From Dudresnaya verticillata (lineage: Eukaryota): a DNA stretch of 64,000 bases. Positions 12,815 through 24,602 of the stretch are shown here, in pieces; within the stretch, counting starts at the first letter, position 1, and each line of letters starts with the position of its first letter. Position numbers and translations under genes: made by a program. The DNA lies in NCBI GenBank assembly GCA_977862235.1, contig OZ374560.1, positions 1,922,001 to 1,986,000 on the forward strand. The letters are read 5' to 3'. The notes under the pieces were generated by a model. The model worked only from the letters and a program-made list of their open reading frames with translations, searched no databases and had not been told where the DNA came from.

Positions 12815-13430
12815 TGTGGTGCAATTCACCGGTGCTCATTTGCCTCAAATCGCGGACTCCCCGCCAGCAATGCACTTGGGGACTGCCCCTGTAAGGCGCC
12901 CGGCCTGTAAGCCCTGCGCGCCGGCGGGAACGGGTGGCAGATTATGGTGGCGGATCTTCGCTACTGTACGCACTGTCAGCCACCCTTAATTTTCGTTAAT
13001 TTTAGTTAATCCCTTTTCGCGTGTCACGAATCTCCAAATGGCACGCTCCCTTCCCCACTTCATTTGCGGCGCACCCAGGTGTACATAGTATATTAGAGCT
13101 AGGGGCGCGCCCTCATTCACTAAACAAGCCAAGCTTGGGCTCTACGACACACACCTCCCTACCCTTGACCAACACCTTCGTCGTCAGGAGGGACTCCAGT
13201 GCGTGCGTACCCCTTCTTCATCATACAGAACCCTGTTGTCCCCTTTTTCCTTTGCTTTTCCGCTATTTTAGGGTTCCTCCCTTTTTCTTTCGTCTCGTGG
13301 CGTTTTACAGTCGCGCTACGGGGCTACTCCCCACGCTCTACCACACCACCCCCTACTACCGCTACCCGCGGGTCCCAAACACCCGAGGTGTGTCCTCTGT
13401 TGTTGTTTTCAGCAGTGGATTTGCACCACA
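12815..13430 (+). repeat. 3' LTR of element A (616 bp)
   Basis: Perfect 10-bp terminal inverted repeat TGTGGTGCAA...TTGCACCACA; direct repeat of 1-492. Confidence 0.95.
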
Positions 13431-14895
13431 GAGTGGTACTCCCACCGTGACACGCCATCGAGATTCACTATCCCGTGGACAACCGTAGACCGGTATTTCC
13501 ACTACGCGACGGTCGGTCGCGTAGCTGCTCGTCGTGAGATCCTGGCTAGGCGCTCAGATGAATACGCCTTCGAGGTGGGCCGCCGCTACTGCAGCGAGCT
13601 CCTCGCGAAGGGGACAGGCTGGGTCTTCGACGACCGCCTGATCAATTTCCTCGTGACCGGGCTGGTCAAGCGAGAGGCCGTGTTTCCCAGACTTGCTCCG
13701 TCCTTCGGATGGCACGTCTTTTGGGTTCGGCGAGCTACTCGGCGTAGTCCGCCGAGTGGCTGCGGCAACCGAGAAGCACACGCGGAGGCGTCACTTCTCT
13801 TCACGCGTCGACGCGTTCGTGTGTGGCTTCTTGCCAGAGACAGGGGCCCTCTATAAGATCCAGCGCAATCGTGGCACACGTGACCGGCGGGAGCGCGTCG
13901 AGCGCTCCGGGTTCGCCTCGATGGCCGACATGGCCCGCGCTGAGCGCGCCGGTCGTCGCCGTCGTGGCGTGGGTGCTAACCCTGGGTCAGCCGCGGCCGT
14001 CATGGCGGCGGAGACCGAGTCAGACATCCCGCCGCCCCCAAGGGCGTCCGCGCGTCGTCCGCCAGCCACCCCTGCGGCAATCGGCGGACCGGCTGCTGCG
14101 GGACCGTCGACGGCCCGCGCCCCTCCGGCCGCTGCCGTTGAGGTGTACCAGCCCCCGCCGGCCCCATCTGGGTCGCCGGCGGTGGCGTATGTCCCACCCC
14201 CTCCAGTGGTCGACCCAGTGGACGAGGCGGTGAGTGCGGCAGTCTGGGCCGATCCAACTGTACGCAGCGCGGCCTCCTTGGCGCGCGTCGGGCAAGGCGT
14301 ATCGACACGCACGCTCCTGCAGGCCCTGGAATCGAGCGCAGTGGCGCTGCAGGAGGACGTCAACGCCTCTAATGCCGTCGCGGTTCGATACCGCGACGAA
14401 CGGGACGGCTTTGCCCGCGAGGTGCAGAGGCTCCGCGGGGAAGTCCAGCGCATGTCTTATGCGCCGGCGCGCAAGAGGCTGCGTGAGGAGTACCAGCCGC
14501 CCCCGACGGGGTATGCGTCGATGCAGCCGATGCAGTCGTACGCTCCGGGCCCTTCTGGCCCGGTTGCCCCTTGGCAAGGCGCCGGGCAACTGATGTACCC
14601 AGGCGCTCAGGGCGGCGCAGGCGCGCCGCCCAGTGCTGCAGGCATCGTGCCACAGCAAGCGGTTCTTCCGCAAGTGAGGGGCTCGTCGATGGGCCCCTAC
14701 CGCCCTGCGGCTCTCATAAGTGGTGGCGCAGTGGCGAACGGAGGCTCGGCGCCTCCGTTTCCCGCCGGTGGTCTTCCACTAGCGCCGGCGGCAACCACAA
14801 CTGTAGTTGAGGGCTACGTGCCCGCGGCGCCGGGGGCAGCGGGCTCTGCGCCCGCCTTCCCCGGCGTGGGTCCTGGGGGCGAGGCCGCCCAGTAG
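13431..14895 (+). CDS. Antisense accessory ORF of C (about 488 codons visible, one frameshift near 13688, N-terminus cut by A); function unknown
   Basis: Open from the first base after A's LTR (EWYSHRDTPSRF...AVFP), then ORF 13693-14895. GC3-biased codons, coiled-coil-like segment, PARKRLR. Confidence 0.7.
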
Positions 14896-16301
14896 TCGTG
14901 CCGTAGTGGCTTATGCTGTAGAAGCATCCTAGTTCGAGGCGGTCGATCGCCTCGCTAGTTTTAAGACCGCCTCTGCGTGTCTGGTTCATTAAAGGGCAAG
15001 GGGTGGGCGAAGACTTCGGTCCGCGTCGACGCGTTTTCAACAGCTGCGCCTTCGACCGCGCGGCTGCGTGCGAGCTATGCTCGCTGTAGTAGGTGGTAGG
15101 GCTTCGACGCCCCACCTCCTCATGGGTGCCATTGTGCCTGACCCGCGTCGAAGCGGGTGGCGGTCCGCAGTGCTGGCGTCGACGCCACACAGGGGGCTGC
15201 CAGCGCGCGCAACGCTGCGTCGATGCGAAGCGTCAGCGCGGAGCGGGAGCCCCTAGTGGTGGTGTTGCGGCTCCGCGCGCCGGAGGGGACCGCGTCGACG
15301 CGGTCCGATCCCCGGGAGTAGCCAAGAGCATGGCGGCGGCTTGCGCAGCCAACCCCAGGCCAGGGGCGTCGACGCCCCTGGATGAGTGGGCAGAGGCCCG
15401 GGGGTGTCGAACCCCATTGGGCGTTTCCCAATTATTTGTGTTTTGGCTACAGTAGACACTGTAGCCTGAACACGAATCTGCGCCTCTGCGCTTGTGGGGC
15501 GCACGCGTCCCAAATATGGGTAAGCGTGCGCCTGTATTTGGCAGGGGCCGGTCGTCTGCCGCAGTGCCCTCGGCCTTCCCATCGTCGAGGTGGTTCTGCC
15601 GCTTACGCGTCGAAGCGCAGCGGTGCAACTCGACGGACGCCCGCCTTCTTGGCTCTGGCGCCCCACATCGACGTGGGGGCTGTGCGCGTTGGCACCCCGC
15701 CCGGCTAGGCGCCAGGGCGGTGGGTGTTGCCCGAAGATTACGCTCGGCTGCGGCGCGGCGTTGGTGAAGGGGGCGTCGACGCCTGCCCTTCGCCAACTCC
15801 GTGCCGCTGCCACTTGACGTCGACGTTGGTGGCGCTTCGGCTGGGATGGCTCAGTGGCTTCTCCAGCCGGGTCGCGTCCAGCTTCGACGCTCGTTTTTGC
15901 CTGGGCTGCCGCGTGGCGGTGGAGAAGGGGGCGTCGACGCCTGCCCTTCGCCACCTGTGCGCGGCTTCGCGGCGGCGTTGGTCAGACAACCCCCGACGGT
16001 GCGGGTTGTCTTCCGCGTAGCGGGACTTCGCTACTGCCGGGCGTCGAGCCGGTAGTGGCGAGGGGCGTCGTGCCCAGCGTCCCTGCGACGCGTAGTTCGC
16101 AGGGCACCCCTGCTCCTTGGCCTCTGCCATTGGCGCGGGGTGCTTTCGGCTTGGGCCGCCGGCTTAGGCAGCCGCAATGCATGCCCTTGCCGTGGGGCTT
16201 AGGCCCCACGTGTTCCCGTTGTGGAAAAGGCAAAGGATGCCTGGATGAGGGTAATAACAGGCAAAGAATGCCTGAGGCAAAGAATGCCTGGGGCCCCCTC
16301 C

Positions 16302-19300
16302 TTAAGCACGAGGCGCCCCCGCCGAGGGGGCGAGTGGAGGGGATGGGGCGTCGAGCCCAGAGCCCTTCCGACGCTTCTGCGCGCGGAAGTATTGGCTCAC
16401 CATCTCCTCCGGCAAATGGGATCGAGGTTCCCAAGTCGGCTTAGAGTAGCCGGTCCACTTGACCTGGAAGAGCAGCGTGCCCTCTTCGGCCGTGCCATGG
16501 TCAAGTATCTTGTCCACCACGAACCGCGGGCCGTCGACGGCCTTGGAAGCGAGATCGTCGGCGGTGGGCAAGTACGCGCTTCGACGCGCGGTGTCTTCCC
16601 GCAGAGGCAGGGGACAGAAGACGGCTCGGTCCGCTGCGATGCGTTCGACCAGGCCGTCTCTGTCGATAAACAACGTGCGCTCGTCGTTGAGCAGCACGCG
16701 ATAAGGCCCGATGGCCGGGCTCTGCAACTTCGGTGGTTTCGTCACCCCGTCTGTTGCGTCGATGAAGACATAGTCCCCGGCCTTGATGCGGGAGTTGACC
16801 TTCCGGACCCGTCGGTCGAAGTCGTTTTTGTAACGCCTCTGCGTTTTGGCCAGGGCGGCAGAAGCCAGGCCCATAGCGGTGTCTAACCGCTTGAGGAAGT
16901 CCGACCGGACATCCTCACTAGGTTTCGGGCGGTCGACCGCCGAGTGAAACTTAGTAAATTCCGGCGGAGGCCGTGACAGCACTAAGCTGAATGGAGTCGT
17001 CCGCGTCGAGCGGTGCACGTGACAGTTGTAGTAATACGTCAACGCAGAGGCGTATCGATCCCAATCGTTTTGGTGATCGTTGACGTAGTTCCTCAACATG
17101 GCCATGACGGTCCGGTTGTAGCGTTCAGCCTGCCCATTCGACTGGGGGTGATACGCGGAGGTGAACACGTTGTTCAAAACCAAATACCGGCAGACGGCTT
17201 GGAAGAACTTCGATGTGAACTGCTTTCCGTTATCGGAAAGCAAGGACCTAGGGGGCCCGTAGTGGAAGACCCACTGTTCACAGAAGACAACTGCGACGTT
17301 GTAGGCCGTAATGGTGCGCAGAGGCTCGACTTGCGTCAGCTTAGTAAAGCTGTCCGTCATGACGACGAGGAATTTGCGACCAGACTTGGTCTTGGGCAAG
17401 GGGCCCAGTATGTCGATAGCGACGGATTCCAGCGGCCTGGTGGCCGGGAACAGCTTCAGTCTATGAAGGTGTCTTCGCAGTCGAATGCGGTTACGGGCAC
17501 AGTGCCTGTAGTTTCTTACTGTCATGGCGATGCTGGCCGCCATATGCGGCCAGTAGTAGGCCTCCCGCAGGGAATAGAACATCTTGTTCTGCCCTGGGTG
17601 GCCCGCGAGGAGGGAGTGGTGCGCGAGCGTGAGCAGCCGAGGTTGTAACGACTCGGGCACCACTATCTGGTCTAGCGAAGCTATGACCGGATGATGGCGG
17701 CATAGAAGCCCATCCCCGTCCTCGTAAAAATGGCTATCCCGTCGACGAGACTGCCTGGCCAGTACGGTCTGGCAGAAGGAGTCGTGCCGCTGCGCGTCCA
17801 CAAATTCCTCGACGGAAATAGGTGAAGGGAGCTTCACTGGCTCCACGGACGTCAAGTCCGATGGCTCGTCTCCCGCGTCGACGCGGAGGAGATCGAAGAG
17901 GTCGACGTCGTCGGTGTCGTCCCACGCCGCTTCGTCGGCCAAGTCCGGGGGTTCGTCGGCCGCGACCGTCGTGGGCGCGGTGCCGGTGATGCTTCCCCGG
18001 ACTGGCTTCGGGACGGGCTGCGCTGGGGCCGAACGCGTAGATGCATGGGCCCGCAAGCGTGTGGTTACCAAGACGGGAACCGCGGGTTCTGTACCCGAAC
18101 GTGCCACCGGCGTCTCAGACGAGGACTCCCCTTGCGGGCGGTCGATCGCCGGGGGATCAAAGGTAGGGACATCGTCGTCAACCTCCTCCTGTTTCCGCTG
18201 GGGCCGAACCAAGCGGGACAGGGCATCCGGGACTTGCTGTACCCGCCCGGGGCGGTACTCGATCTGGAAGTCGAATTCCGCGAGCCGCAGGCGCCACCGG
18301 GTCAGTCGACCCGAAGAGTCGGTCAGCGACATCAGCCATCGAAGCGCATCGTGATCGGTTCGAACCGTGAATCGCGTGCCTTCGATGTATGGCCGCAGGG
18401 TTGTGATCGACCACACCACTGCGAAGCACTAACGCTCAGTGGCGGAGTAATTGCGCTCCGCCGAGTTGAGCGAGTAGGACCAGTACCCGACTGAGTGTAG
18501 CTGGCCGTCCTCCTGCTCCTGCAGTAGGGCGCATCCGAGCTGATAAGCCGATGCGTCCGTATCGAGGACGTAAGGTCTACGCGTCTTGGGGAGCCATAGG
18601 ATAGGGGGCGATATGAGCTTCGCTCTGAGCGTCTCATATGCCTCGAGCGCGTCGGCGCTTGGATTGTCGAAATCCACATCCGCGTCTTTGCGGGTCATGT
18701 TCGTCAGAGGACGCGCGATCTTCGTGAAGTCGCGCACGAAGCGGCGATAGACATTGCACGCGCCGAGGAACGACCTCACCTTAGTCAGGGAGGTCGGGAA
18801 CTGCGCATGGCGGAAAGCGTCGCTGCTCGTCTGCGACATGCGTAGCTTCCCCGGTTCGATGACGTGGCCTAGATAGCCAACGCGTGACTGAAAGAAGTGG
18901 CACTTCTTCAGTTTCAGGGATACTCCTCCCTTGTGCAACAGAGTCTGCACTTGGTCTAGATGACCAACGTGCTCCGCGATCGACCGCGAGAAAATGATCA
19001 CATCTTCTAGATATATCAGGCAACACTGCCATCGGACTCCGCTGAGGATGATGTCCAGTGCGCGCTGGAAAGTCGCGGGGGCGTTCTTCAGCCCGAAGGG
19101 CATTCGCAAGTAGCGAAACGTCCCTAAGAACGAAGTGAACGTGGTCTTATCCCTGTCAGCCTCTGCGACAGGGATTTGCCAGTACCCCGCGTTGCAGTCC
19201 AACGTCGAGAAGACGGCTGCGTCTCCTAGACTGTCGATGCAGTCGTCCATCCTCGGTAGAGGGTACGCATCACTTAGTGTTTTCGTGTTGAGACGTCGAT

Positions 19301-20935
19301 AGTCCATGCAAAACCTAAGTGTGCCGTCCTTCTTGGGCGCCAGGACGACTGGCGATGCCCATTCCGAGGTGGCGGGTTCGATAACCCCGGCACGAGGCAT
19401 ATTATCCACCTCGTCCTGCACCAGCTTGCGCATGGCAGGGCCCTATCGGTAGGGCATGGAGGGGATGGGGCGAGTGCCCCGTTCCACGTCGATGTGGTGT
19501 CGGGTGGCGGCAATAGTGCCCAGCCTCCCGTCCCACATGGACTGATGCTTCCTGAGCATGGAGAGGACCTCCGTGCGGGTCACCTCGTCTTCGATAGACG
19601 AGAGATCGACCTGCGCCTCTCAGTCCTCGACGGACGGGTTGGCCTTCGCTGCGGCGGTAGCTGCGCCCTGCAGCGGCTGGGCGTCGTGCCCTTCGCCGTC
19701 GACGGCGAGGTGGATGGTTCCACGGCACCCTGATTGACCGGGGGCCTCTGCCCCCGTGGTGGTAGGGTGGTGATGTTCATCACCCGCCTAAACTCCTCCG
19801 CGACTTTGCGGTCTGGAGTTATCAGTGCCACCGGGTTCCTAACCGCGTAGCCTACAACGGTACCCTTAGGCAGGATCCGAGGCTTGTCGGTGAAGTTCCC
19901 GACGATGACCCCGAAGGGTCGCATCGACTCGACGTCGTGCACCCCGTTGGTAAGTCTCACGCCGTGGCGGAACTGCAACGAGGGTTTGGGTTCGGTGTGG
20001 ATCAGCCCACTTGCTCCTGACGTCACGGAGACGAGCCTTTGGGAATAGGCTGGGAGCACCATCTGCCTAGAGAGGCGGATGGTGTGGGCGTCGTGATCCC
20101 AGTCGAGGAGCTCCCTCTGGTGCTTCCTCGACAAACCGGTCGACGGGTTCTTCGGCTTCGATGCCGGCTTGCGGTCCTCGGCAGGTCTACTGCGCTTGAG
20201 GAGGGGCACTGAGCCCCCACGTCGGAGCGATAGGCGTTTCGATTCGACGTCGATGCCTCGCACGTGCGCATTGAGGAACTGCGTTCCCACCAGGACGTCG
20301 ACGGCCAAGGTGTCTGCCACTAGGAATGGCACGCGGAACGTCGTGTTCCCCAACCTCATCGAGAGGTGCGCCACCCCTGATAGGCTCAGTGGGGTCTTAT
20401 CAGCCCCGGCGAGGCGAGGAGTCGACTCCATCGCCGCCGCGTGCTGATCCCATCCGGGCGGCAGCGCCCGCTTCAAGATGAGGTTATTCCCGGAGCCGGT
20501 GTCCACCGCAATGGTGTGGGGTATCATTACCCCTGGGTCAGCGCCTAGCCACCCAGACACGCGGTATATCTCCGAGGACAAGAGGCACACATACCCGTCT
20601 GGGGTAGTGGCCGGCTCCGCGTCGACGCAGTGAGCCATGGCACCTTCGCGTCGAGCGGAGGGTGCCTCGGGATCCGTCGACGGAGCCCTATGCGCTCGGC
20701 GTCGTGCCTGTCGCTTGCGTCGACGCCGCGGGGGCCAAGGTGGCCTGGAGCGCGTGGCTTTCGACGGCTCGTCGCAAAGGGGGCCCTCAGCGATGCTTGG
20801 TGAGGGGGTCCTTCGTTGGTTGGGACTCGACGTCCTGCCTGCCGTCGACGGCTTGGCGGAGGATGGTGGGTCTGGGGTAGAGAGAGACGGTGCGCGCGAC
20901 CGCACGAACGGCGCCGCCTTTACTCTTTTTCCGGT
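16302..20935 (-). pseudogene. pol: Pol of C: PR, dUTPase-like, RT, RNase H, integrase, chromodomain
   Basis: VDTGSG; RFCMDYRRLN, YLEDV; DTDAS; HHSLLAGH, SDNGKQF, GQAERYN, GPY; FVVDKILDH...VKWTGY..TWEP. Stop at 18429 and frameshifts. Confidence 0.96.
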
Positions 20936-23340
20936 TCGACCATGTCAAAATTATTTTCGGAATCCGAGCTATCTTCCTCGGATCCCATTGGCTGGCTAGG
21001 GGCCGGGCCGGCGCCTCGCGTCGATCGCGGCGGCGTGTCAAAAAGGGGCGGGGGCTGCTCAACCTGCCCCCGGGCGGACTCGCCCTTGCTCTGCACGTCG
21101 AGCGCTCGCGGGAGCCACTCGTCGGCTGCTAGCCCGGTGTGCTCCTGCACGGTCATCACTGCCCGAAGCAGTTCGCGCTGCGGGTCGGGCCTCGAGGGCG
21201 TCGACGCCCGAGGTTGGCGACCGGCTTGGTCATCAAACCCGACCCGCTTGTCGCGAGTGAGGAACCGCGGGACGTCTGCCCTTCGGTATTCGCGGCGCGG
21301 ATCTCGACGATCCCCGCGGTACTGTCGCGGCTACCCGCGATACCTTTGCGCGTCGAAGCGCTGCGGGGGACCCCTCGCGTCGAAGCGTCGGGCCCCACCC
21401 CGCTGCGCGTCGAAGCGTCTTGCGGGGTAACTTGCCTTGGCGCCTGCCGGCATGCGCTCGTCGATGAGCTGCTGCAAGTTGTTGCGCGTGTGCGGCTGCG
21501 TCTCCAGTCTATGGTTGCAGTTCGCATACGCGCAGTACAACTGCTGTTCCTTAGTCAGGAATGGGCACGAGTACATGATGTGCCCAAGTTCTCGGCAGAA
21601 CCAGCAGATGTACCACCCCTGTCGATCAGGGGTGACAGCGCGGGCCATTGCCTCTTGCGCCGGTGTGAGCGGAGGGATCCTCCTCGGCAGGACGGCGTCG
21701 ATGCGTCCTGATATGTCGAGGGTCTCCTCGGCTTGCGCCGCCCCGGCTGTCGACAGCGCGGGCACGACCATGACGGGTTCGAAACCATCGTCATCGGGCG
21801 CCACCAACATTGTGCCGTCGAAGACCGCTTCCCTATCGGGGCCGTGTGGCGCCTCGATTAGCAGTGTGCGGCCGCTTGGCGAACTGCTTCCCCTACCGCG
21901 CCCCGGAACGATGGCCGGCGTCGACGTCTTGGCCATGCGGGCGCGGTAGGTTGTGCCCTCACTGTGGGCGATCCGACGAACGGTACTGAAGTTGGTCTGC
22001 TCGACCATCGGCATCTGCCTTACCTTCTCCGCTACTGCGGGTCGGGTGGTCGGAAGCAGACCACGCAGGAACTGGTGCGTCAGGTTCTCGTCGGAGTAGA
22101 CGCCGGCACAGTCATCTGCGTAGCCCTCTAGACGAGAGGCGAACTCGAGTTCTGACTCGGCGTCCCGCTGCCGGGCGGTGGTCAGTCGGTCGTGCGCGTC
22201 GGCGATCACGTCGTCGGTGACGAACCTCTCGACGAGGGTATTGACCACCGAGGCCCAGCACGGGGGGGTGCCGCGACTAGTCGTCCGGACCCCCGAGAAA
22301 AGGTGACTCGAATACACCTGGGATGCCGTTCTTTTCTAGGAACCAGGACACCACTCGCGCCGCTGCGCCTTCCGACAGGCCGACGCCGTTGAAGGCTTGG
22401 CGTAGCTGTCTAAGTACGCCAAGTAAGCGGATGGGCTCCTTGCCGTCGTAGCGATCTAGCCGCGGCATGAGAGCCTTCATCCTGCTGACAATCTTGTCGG
22501 TGTTGCCATTGCAGACTTGCTGCTGATTGTCCCGCTGCCTTATTTCGTCTAGACGATAGGAGCGGTAGTCGATCGCCTTCGCGAATTCGGGGACCAAGGT
22601 GCTCAGTGGCTCGACGCCCGGCATCAATGGCCCCCAGTGCCAGTAGGCCGACACGGGACCTTCGTGTGGTGAGGGGCTAGACGCCCCTCCAACTCCGCGC
22701 CCGTCGAGGGCGCGTTGCAGTAGCTTGGGGTCGCCCCGTAGAAGGGGTCGTCATCTCTTGTAGGGCGAGGGGACCCTTGCCCACTCCTAGGCGGAGAGGC
22801 CGGTGGAGAAAAAGGGTTTCGCTGAGCACGACGATCAGCGAGGACGGCTTTGGCCAGTTCGCGAACCAGATCCGCTTGAGACGGCGATCGCGGAGGACGG
22901 CTCCGCACCGGCGACGGGCTAGGCGCCCGTCGGTCATACCGCGCCGGTGCGTGCTCAATCAACTCAACGCGTTGGCGTAGCTCGTCGAGGAGCCCTTGAG
23001 TTCGGGTTAATCCTTCCTCAACGGAGGCGAGAGTTCCGCGTCGAAGCGACTCCAGGTCACGTTGACCTTGTGCCCGCGCGTCTGCGACAGAGGCCATGAA
23101 GTTGTCGTACACTTCCGAAAGTGAGTCCATCGTCTCCTCGTAGAGTAGCTGGAGGTCGGTCGCAGAGACCGCTGTCCCTCCTAGGGCCTTGGCTATAGCC
23201 GTCCTGCGCTCGATGCGCGGTTCCTCTAGGGGAGCTCCCGAGACGCCGACGTTACTCAGCAAGGAAGTGCGTTGACCGCTAACTTCACCTGCCGCGGCGT
23301 CTGCCGGACCGGCAGCGGCCGAAGTAGGTAGCGGCGGCAT
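20920..23340 (-). pseudogene. gag: Gag of C (frameshifted)
   Basis: ORF pieces 22624-23340, 22277-22654, 21331-22317, 20920-21159; zinc knuckle CWFCRELGHIMYSC; collinear with the gag of D and F. Confidence 0.9.
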
Positions 23341-23389
23341 TCTTGGCCTCGATCGCGTCGACGCGAGAGGTGATAGGGTCTTCTGCGAC

Positions 23390-23407
23390 TTCTAGGTCGG
23401 GAGACCA
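23390..23407 (-). promoter_or_regulatory. PBS of C
   Basis: Reverse complement reads TGGTCTCCCGACCTAGAA, 1 nt from the LTR. Confidence 0.88.
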
Positions 23408-23408
23408 G

Positions 23409-24348
23409 TGTGGCATAGACGTCAGGTCGAACTGACGTCTAGCTGCGCTGGTCGATCAGTCGCACCCAGACCCGTCGAAGGGTGGTAGCTGTGGTGGTAG
23501 AGCGGCGGTGTCGGCCGCGCGCGCCGTCGACGGTCGCGGACCAACGGCGTCGAAGCCTGAGCGCGCACGGGGCGTACCATACGCGGGCGGCGGCGGCCGG
23601 ATCCCTGCGTCCCCGTCGTGGGGCGGCACGAAGCTGACGGTAGGGAAAGGAAAAGGAAAGCCTAGACGGCTAGGGAAAGAGGGAAGCCGTAGGGCGAAGG
23701 ACTGGGAAAGAAACCCAAAGCAGAAAGGGCAAGCCTGGCGTAGGCTGGCTTGCCTGGTTTACTGAAGCCCAGAGGGGCGACTACTAGATATACTACAGGG
23801 CCTGCGGCGGCACCAACCCGGGAGGTGCGCCGGCGCGCCCCAACACGCGTCGACGCGTACGAGTAACGGTAACCCGGGGGCGCGCGTAGGCAGAGCGGTC
23901 CACACGTACTCAACGGCTCGACGCCGGAGTGCGCGGGCGCGTGTCATGCACTCAACGGCTCTGCGCCGGAGTGCGTGCGCACAGCGCGCAGGACAGCAGG
24001 GCGTTCGACCGCCGCTTACACTAGACGGTGCTGTACACTACAAAACAATAAGCGTAGAAATTACATGGGAGTTTCAGTGTCACACGCGAACGCGTGCACA
24101 CGTGGGCGCCACTGCGCACTCCCGTACAGTTCAGCGGGGCTTCGGCGCCACCGGCTGACAGCGTGCGCACAGCAGTGCAAACGTGGCGCAGCTGGTCTTA
24201 CAGCTGCGCGCGCCACTGCGCACTTCCTTACAGTTCAGCGGGGCTTCGGCGCCACCGGCTGACAGCGTGCGCACAGCAGTGCACACATGGCGCAGCTGGT
24301 CTTACAGCTGCGCGTGCGTGGCACAGCTGGTCTTACAGCTATGCCACA
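23409..24348 (-). repeat. 5' LTR of C (940 bp) with two ~104-bp tandem units at about 24106-24313
   Basis: TGTGGCATAG...CTATGCCACA; homologous to three solo LTRs in the window. Confidence 0.93.
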
Positions 24349-24602
24349 ATCCGGAACCCTCGGAGGTTGTGCCAGACGACTGGCTACTAAGTAGTACTAC
24401 GTGAGCACGAATACGCGTCAACGCGGGAGACGGTTCGTACTCGAATGATTCGTAACGGCCTCGGTGCCAACGAACGGTCACCTCACGTATGGTGGCGGTT
24501 GCGAAGTGCGCCAGCGATGCATACGGAGGTGCGCGTGTCTCGTGGGCCCCGGTGCCGTTACGCGCGGGAAACCACGGGAAAGTCACGAAGGTGTCAGCGA
24601 TT
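24349..24602 (-). repeat. Inverted fragment of a D-family LTR
   Basis: Reverse complement of about 32854-33103. Confidence 0.9.

Larger units (their letters stand above)
1..13430 (+). mobile_element. Element A: non-autonomous Ty3/Gypsy-derived LTR retrotransposon (PR and dUTPase-like remnant only), containing nested element B
   Basis: Near-identical direct LTRs (1-492 vs 12936-13430), PBS after the 5' LTR, PPT before the 3' LTR. No RT/RH/IN of its own is visible. Confidence 0.85.
13431..24348 (-). mobile_element. Element C: chromodomain-bearing Ty3/Gypsy; 3' end interrupted by A and presumably continuing left of the window
   Basis: 5' LTR, PBS, gag, PR-RT-RH-IN-chromo on the minus strand; long 3' region partly homologous to that of G. 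Confidence 0.93.

Noticed and set aside
13693..14895. env-like gene
   Set aside because: Antisense to gag-pol, with no signal peptide or transmembrane segment visible.
24106..24345. CRISPR-like repeat array
   Set aside because: Whole units are duplicated with no unique spacers, they lie inside LTRs, and there are no cas genes.
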